From Bugula neritina (lineage: Eukaryota > Animalia > Bryozoa), in contig OZ037772.1 of NCBI GenBank assembly GCA_964035545.1, forward strand, positions 62,001 to 126,000: a stretch of DNA of 64,000 nucleotides, read 5' to 3'. The translations under genes were made by a program, and so were the position numbers. The notes under the pieces are model-generated. The model did not search any database. It was not told the origin of the DNA and worked only from the letters and a program-made list of their open reading frames with translations. This document shows, one piece after another, positions 57,701 through 64,000 of this stretch (positions are counted from its first letter, which is position 1; every line of letters begins with the position of its first letter).

Positions 57701-59621
57701 AGAGTAGAGCATAACTATATCTGAAAGTTATATTTAGATTATAAAGCTAACTCGGCTTAAACATTCAGGGACCGACATTTAAAGTCTTTTTCTGATGTGT
57801 TTTCACTGTATGTATTAATATTCTCCATATAAAAATGTATATATGAAATTATGAAAGTAAAGTAGAGCTCAACTTACATGTAATATTATGAGAAAGTTTA
57901 TTAACAAAGCAATGTTATTTGTAACAAGCTATAATGTTGAAACACAGCATGTAAAGAGTATAAATATAGCTAGTATTTAATAATTGATAAAGTAATTACA
58001 TTACTCATCAAACTTATCAACAAATTGTTGCTATGATTCATATTTTTATGGCCAGTGACTGCAATGTTCCCAGCAACTTCATAGTTGAACTTAGAAATAA
58101 TATGCCGATACTATTTTGTTATTAAGCTATCTGATTCTAATAAATTTTATTGCAATTCGGAGACTAAAACACCAACTTTTATATTCTTCAAAGTTTATTA
58201 GTTTATTGCCTTTGGCGAATAGACGATGTACTTATATGTTAATAATTATATCCCCTACACCTTCTCAATTATTACTTTTTGTTGCGTCAACTTCATTAAT
58301 TCACTACGTTTACAAAGGGTATCAAAGAACGATCAGACGAGTCAGATTTCATTTTAAAAAGTAAGCTTCAGGATTAATACAATTTCAACGAGTTTCAGTT
58401 TGACTAAAAAGGGGTACCCAGACAAGCGTTATTAACTGAAAGTTAGAACTTTTTCAGCAAAGGTATTAACGCAGCTTAACACTCTAAAGTTGTCACTGTT
58501 AATGTTAGCAATGTTCGATCTAACAATTATTCACATATCACTTATAAAAACTTGAAGCAATTTGGCCTGAAGGTATAAGTATAACACAAGCACTATTGTT
58601 TGTAAATTCACAGATATATATGTGTGTCCAAATGTCGATAGAGTAAGTTGTAAGGACATATATGTCCCTTTAGTCAAGTGCATGAAGGTTACCACCCACA
58701 GCACACTGTGGTTGAAGTTAAGAATCAAATTCCAACCTGTAATGTAATCAGCCCTGCAGGTTAAAATAATACAAACTCATTAGTAAAACTTCCTACTATA
58801 ATAGCTATATTTAAAAAAGTTGAGTTTACATGTAAATGTTACCATCACCATTTGGAAACTAGTTTCAATTTACACAAGAGCTCTAAGCTGTTGCATGAGA
58901 ACAGAATGTCCAATCAGATGGTAGCATTGCAATATACTGTTTACTAAAAGGATGCATTTAGACATGCTTAGGAGTTGTCTTCTATTATACCTCATGATAT
59001 TTCTACCAGGTGAATGGGGAACATGTCATAATTAAACTGCAACCAATTGAACTAAACTCATCAAATTACACAGATTTTACAAAGCAGCTGTATCACAGAC
59101 AGCTCATGTGTAGAGTAAAACAGTGTTTATATCTAGTTGATTGCCTTATATATTATTTATCAGATTCCTGATTGCATGACAAGAAACAATTTGATTGGCT
59201 ACTCAATACTGTTGTATACACAGCAATGGAATGCATATTATTTTGAATGGTTGGAATAAATTTGCTAAGTCATGTTGGAGTTACTTGCACCTGCATGTCA
59301 ATTCAGTGAATAAATTCTCCCACAAACAAGTCATTTACAGTTACTGCTCCAGTATAGATTATTGTTACTAACCGAACTCAACTTGAACTAAAGCTAATGA
59401 GGCATGAAAACAGACTATGTTTTCGCTAACAAATAAACTTTATTAGATGGTAAAATAGCAACATATATTTGATACAGTAAAACATCTCATATCCAACTAT
59501 AATTACAGAGTGTGTGTATTGATGAATTGTAATGAATATAATTATGTTGATGGCAAATATTATCCAATTCATCTCTAAGGACCTCACTGAGCTGATTATT
59601 AGTAAACTGTAGCTGGTAAGT

Positions 59622-62600
59622 TTAGTATTTTATTGTGTATCTCCTCAGACCACCATCTAAACATGCTAGAAACACTGAGTCTCTGTTATACACAGCAATG
59701 TGTCTCACCCAGTCACTCACACCAAGACTTTCTCTGGGAACAGTAAGCACCAGTTGACCTGTAAATAATAGCATCATATTGTATCAGTTGGTGTGTATTG
59801 AGAGAAACAGACAGACTGCCTTTAAAGATGGAACCAAGCAGGTTATATGCATGAAGTAAATATACTCAAATAGAAAATAGTGCCTCCTTATACAACTGTA
59901 TTGACCTTGACCCACAAACCTAGCCTGTGGCTCTGAGCAAGAACACACCCACATGTCTACTTTTAATAATACTGCAGCTACTCCAACATTATCACATATT
60001 AAATACTTGACAAGAACCAACCACAGCCACCTGAGTCTCACCAGCAAACACTGCTCTACCAGCCATCATCAAGTTACATAGTCTCAGTAATGGCAGTCAA
60101 AAAGTATCAAATTATTCATATCTAAATTATCTGATGACCAAAACAACAGCAGCACTAGACTGAAGTTAAACTACAACTTATAACTCATGTGTAGCTGGCA
60201 GTCTGTACAGTTGTTAGACTGAGCACCTCTAAAATTACTGTAAAACACTTGCATAGTATACTAACTAGACATGCTGATAGGTGGGTTTGAACCCCTTGCA
60301 GCACCAACTCACTTAGCAATGTGGAGTCCCTATCCTCTACACTACCAGGTGAACCCTTGGAAAGGAAGACTGAATAGAGAGTTTACTAAGAGCTCACTGC
60401 ACACTACACAGAGTACACCTTAAACCTATACAATATAATATACACTTCTACCTGTGCTTACATCCTGCATGTTACTGCAGCTGGAAATAAACTTATTGTA
60501 GGGAGGCAGTATTATTCACTAATATTATTATTAGCTACAAGTCATGTGATGAAGAATATAACATCTACTATCAGCATGTTACAGTCTTTATTACATAACT
60601 TTTAGCTGAAAATAACATCAGTGACTTGATAAATACTAACAATATCATAATATATCTTATGAGTGGAAGTTGTTTACTGTTGATTATTAGGATATATTAT
60701 TTACTGCAACATAATTATATATAAAATAACTAAACTTACTATAATAAACAGAGTATTTACCTTCAAGTGAGAGGATGAGGAGAGGTCCTATCCCTGTACA
60801 GATGTGAATCAGTTCAGATGTTGGATCAAAGGAAATACCAGATGGTAGTGAGATGTGAGGAAACTCCCACATTAGAGTGAGAGTTGTGTTCTCCACTTTA
60901 TATCTTCTCACTTTACCATCTTCAGTGCAGTCTCCTATGAGGAGAGTTGAGTCTGGGAGGATGCATACAGGGTAAGGGTTCTCCATCTCAGGAAGTGGGA
61001 ACTTCTGTATTTTATTGTCAACTAGGTTACAGACTACCAGCTGATTCTCTCTCTTGTCTACAATACAGAGCAGTGAGTCGTGCTGAGCTATTCTATGGTA
61101 AGGGAAGGGTACATCTAATGGCTGCTTGCAGACAGAGCGAGTCTTCTCAAAGGAGTTCGGATCAAGAAGTGAGACTTCAGCTGTTTCCTCCTCTCTGTTA
61201 TACCAGCTGCCAACCATCACCCCTTCAGGTTGGATTATCTCCCCCCACCCTGTAGTGTTGGTGTGTTTCACTGAGCTGATAGTATCCAGAGTCTCTCTAT
61301 TTATTACTTCTACACCTTCTCGTGTCCAACACATCAGATGTCCATCAGCTGAGATGTTTACTGAGATACACCAGTCACGTACAGGAAGTCCATCAGACTG
61401 GAGAGAAGCTGGTGGCTGCAGCAGCTTCAGTCCCAGACTGTCTTCACTGTCTGCAACAACAAAATAACAATTCTATAACTTGAGAATCTCATCACCTGAG
61501 GAGGTGGGAACAGATTTTCAAACTTAAAATAAAAAGATGTTTTAAATACAAGCAGTCTGTAGTTACTACAAGTTGCTATGTGATGCACAGGTCTAAGTGA
61601 GAATATTGTGTTAATACTGACAGGAGGTAGTCAGCATAACACAGTTTAGCAGCTCACTTATACATCATAAACTCTGAAACACTGCAAAAATGTCTCATAA
61701 TGTGAGAGTAGAACAAAACTTAATTTCTAATAAATAAACTCTATCTACTTATTCTACTATTTAAATATTCAGTGAAAACAACTCACATGATTACAAGCAG
61801 AAAGTTATTTATAGTTAGTGTTACTATTTATAGACTCCACCTACATGTTGGTACCAAGATGCTGTCTGGAAGTACACACTTCTCTATTACACCAATATCT
61901 GTAGCCTTTTCCACCTTCTCACTCATCTCTCTGTAGTCTCTCACAATCCCTGCATCATTGAACTTATCAACTGCATGTTGTACTGTGTCCAGCAGAGACT
62001 GTCTGTCCATTGTCTTACTCAAGGCCAGCTCTATTCTATAATTATCCACTATCTGTGTGCAGCTCTTCAAATATCCATATATTTCTAGCCTCAGGTTTGT
62101 AGCTCTCTTTCTAATCTCTGCTATCTAATAAATAGTAACACAGCGTAACCACATCTGCACCTCACAACCTCTGCACTCGAAATGAAGGTGACAGATCACC
62201 CACTGAGTGGACAATGACTCAGTCACGTGACACTCTATACACAGCAGAGAGCTAGTACATCACGTGACTAGTCTCCTCCTCCTGACACCTGTCAATCACT
62301 CAGACAGCCAACCTCTCTGTGTGTGAGTGATTGACAGTTGCAGAAGGATGAGTGAGTCATCTGTACTGACAGGTTCCTCTGCACTGAGTAACGTGTGATG
62401 AATGACTACTGCTACTTGTACACAGAATGATAATACTTCAATGGCCAGTTAATTCTAGTGACAAATGAAATTTATTTCTATTTACAACTCAAAGACCAAG
62501 TGCAAATTCCAATTTCAGCCAACCAGAAATACATTAGAGGACATCACCATGTCAGCATACCTGAGCGTCAGCCACAGCGTTTACTCTGGCAACCATCTTC

Positions 62601-64000
62601 TTCACTTCATCTTCTATTTTACTCAGTTCTTTCCAGGCATCCTTTGAGATGTCATTCAACTCTGCAACTTTCTCAGACAGAGTCTCTATTCCACCAGTCA
62701 GACTTTCTCGTAACTCACAAGACAAATCACTCAAAGATGCCAAGTCATGGGATGCTACTGTCTCTTCTGTATACATAAAATCACACTATTCATAAAATCA
62801 TTTTTAGATATGATATTGTACTTATCCTACACCTACTACCTGTACCTACAGGTTGGTGATGTATCACTATACACATACTATGTAATTACTAGACAGTTGG
62901 TTGGACTAGAAATATTTCACAGGTTAGCTCATTAATCACTGCACTTGGAATAATATAATTGAAAAAATTAGAGCAGTGACTCCCAACCTTGGGGGATTCC
63001 CCTTGCAGGGAATTTGGGCTTTCCAGGGGTTTCATTTCTCAAAAATTCACACAGTTTACCAGCTCTTTGAGCTCTTGCCTTGTTTTCCAGGTTACATGTA
63101 TTATGTATAACTATAACTAAACTCAAGTTGTGGCAGACACTGGTCCATGTCAAACACAAAGTGCCTTTTCCTTTTCTACCCTAGCTGCTACCCCTCCTAT
63201 ACTATGAATAGAGGTTAAAAAGTTTCTTGAAAGTAAAAACCAACAGCAAGTTTTTGCAGTCAGTGGATCTCCATAAACTACTTATTGCATACCTAGTAGT
63301 TATATTTGCTGTACTAAAAACTCTGAACCTAAAATGAATGAGTATAATCATCAACTCACTGCTTTTAATAGCAGCATCAATGCTTTCAAAGCTGAACTGA
63401 AGTTGCGGCAGACACTGGCCGATGTCAAATACAAAGTGCTTTTTTCTACACTCAATGAATTATTAGGAAAACAACCTGTCCCAGATTTTCTTTATAAATG
63501 AAATTACAATTTTATCAAAGAGGCGGAAACTTATAAGAAAACATTTATAAAAAGGGGATGGTATAAAAAAGGTGGGACACCACTGAGTTAAAGCTATGCC
63601 TATACCATCTTATCAAGGAAACAAACACTTGAAGGATGAAGTATACTAAATATTCAACATAACAGTGAGAATATAAACTCCTGCACTATCCACTTCTGTC
63701 TCACACAAACCTTAATGCTGACAAACTGACTTCCTCTTTTACTGTTACATAACTCACTTTAATAATAAAATAATAAATAACAGGTTCTTGTAACATTTCT
63801 CAGCTTCTTTCTACAGAAATAGAAACAGCAAGTAAATACCTGTCTTATCCTTACAGCCAGTCCTCATATCACATCTCAAACAGAATATCTGGTGACACTT
63901 GGAACACACTTCTGTCAGCTGTTCCTGTTTATGATGTTCACATTCAGTTATAGTATATCTTTGGGGAGAAGCTCTGTAGACCTCAATGTCAATAAACTGA
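59622..64000 (-). CDS. TRIM-like protein (B-box zinc finger, coiled coil, NHL/6-bladed beta-propeller-like C-terminus), 5' end beyond window
   Basis: Phase-consistent exons: >64000-63840 (ECEHHKQEQLTEVCSKCHQIFCLRCD, B-box), 62766-62561 (SHD plus coiled coil), 62124-61845 (coiled coil), 61450-60761 (propeller-like repeats: PYPVCILPDSTLLIGD, PSGISFDPTSELIHI), 59758-59622 (stop TAA). Confidence 0.85.
62974..63585. mobile_element. hAT-type MITE in the TRIM-like gene intron
   Basis: TIRs CAGTGACTCCCAACCT / AGGTGGGACACCACTG. Flanks AATTAGAG and AGTTAAAG (6/8 TSD). Internal homology to 54180-54710. Confidence 0.75.

Overview
Eukaryotic genomic DNA from an invertebrate animal (lophotrochozoan-like by inference; the species cannot be determined here). 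The first 35.7 kb hold a minus-strand GAPVD1 gene (Gapex-5/RME-6; RasGAP plus VPS9). I traced 29 coding exons with consistent GT-AG phases; the gene runs off the window start. Roughly two thirds of this region is tandem repeat, and most introns carry their own minisatellite unit. Next come an intact 4-exon RPS18 (minus strand, 152 aa) and, head-to-head with it, a truncated, frameshifted TRIM-like paralog reduced to a RING exon plus a terminal exon. After that are an intronless rhodopsin-class GPCR with one in-frame stop, and the 3' part of a B-box/coiled-coil/beta-propeller TRIM-like gene on the minus strand that runs off the window end. Mobile DNA includes several hAT-type non-autonomous elements (one a 1.2-kb foldback with a perfect 8-bp TSD), other MITE-like inverted repeats and two copies of a tRNA-derived SINE. 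The most notable non-coding signal is an intact type I hammerhead ribozyme at 48386-48432, joined tail-to-tail to a SINE through a (TA)n tract. The long ORFs in the supplied track that overlie repeats are artefacts.
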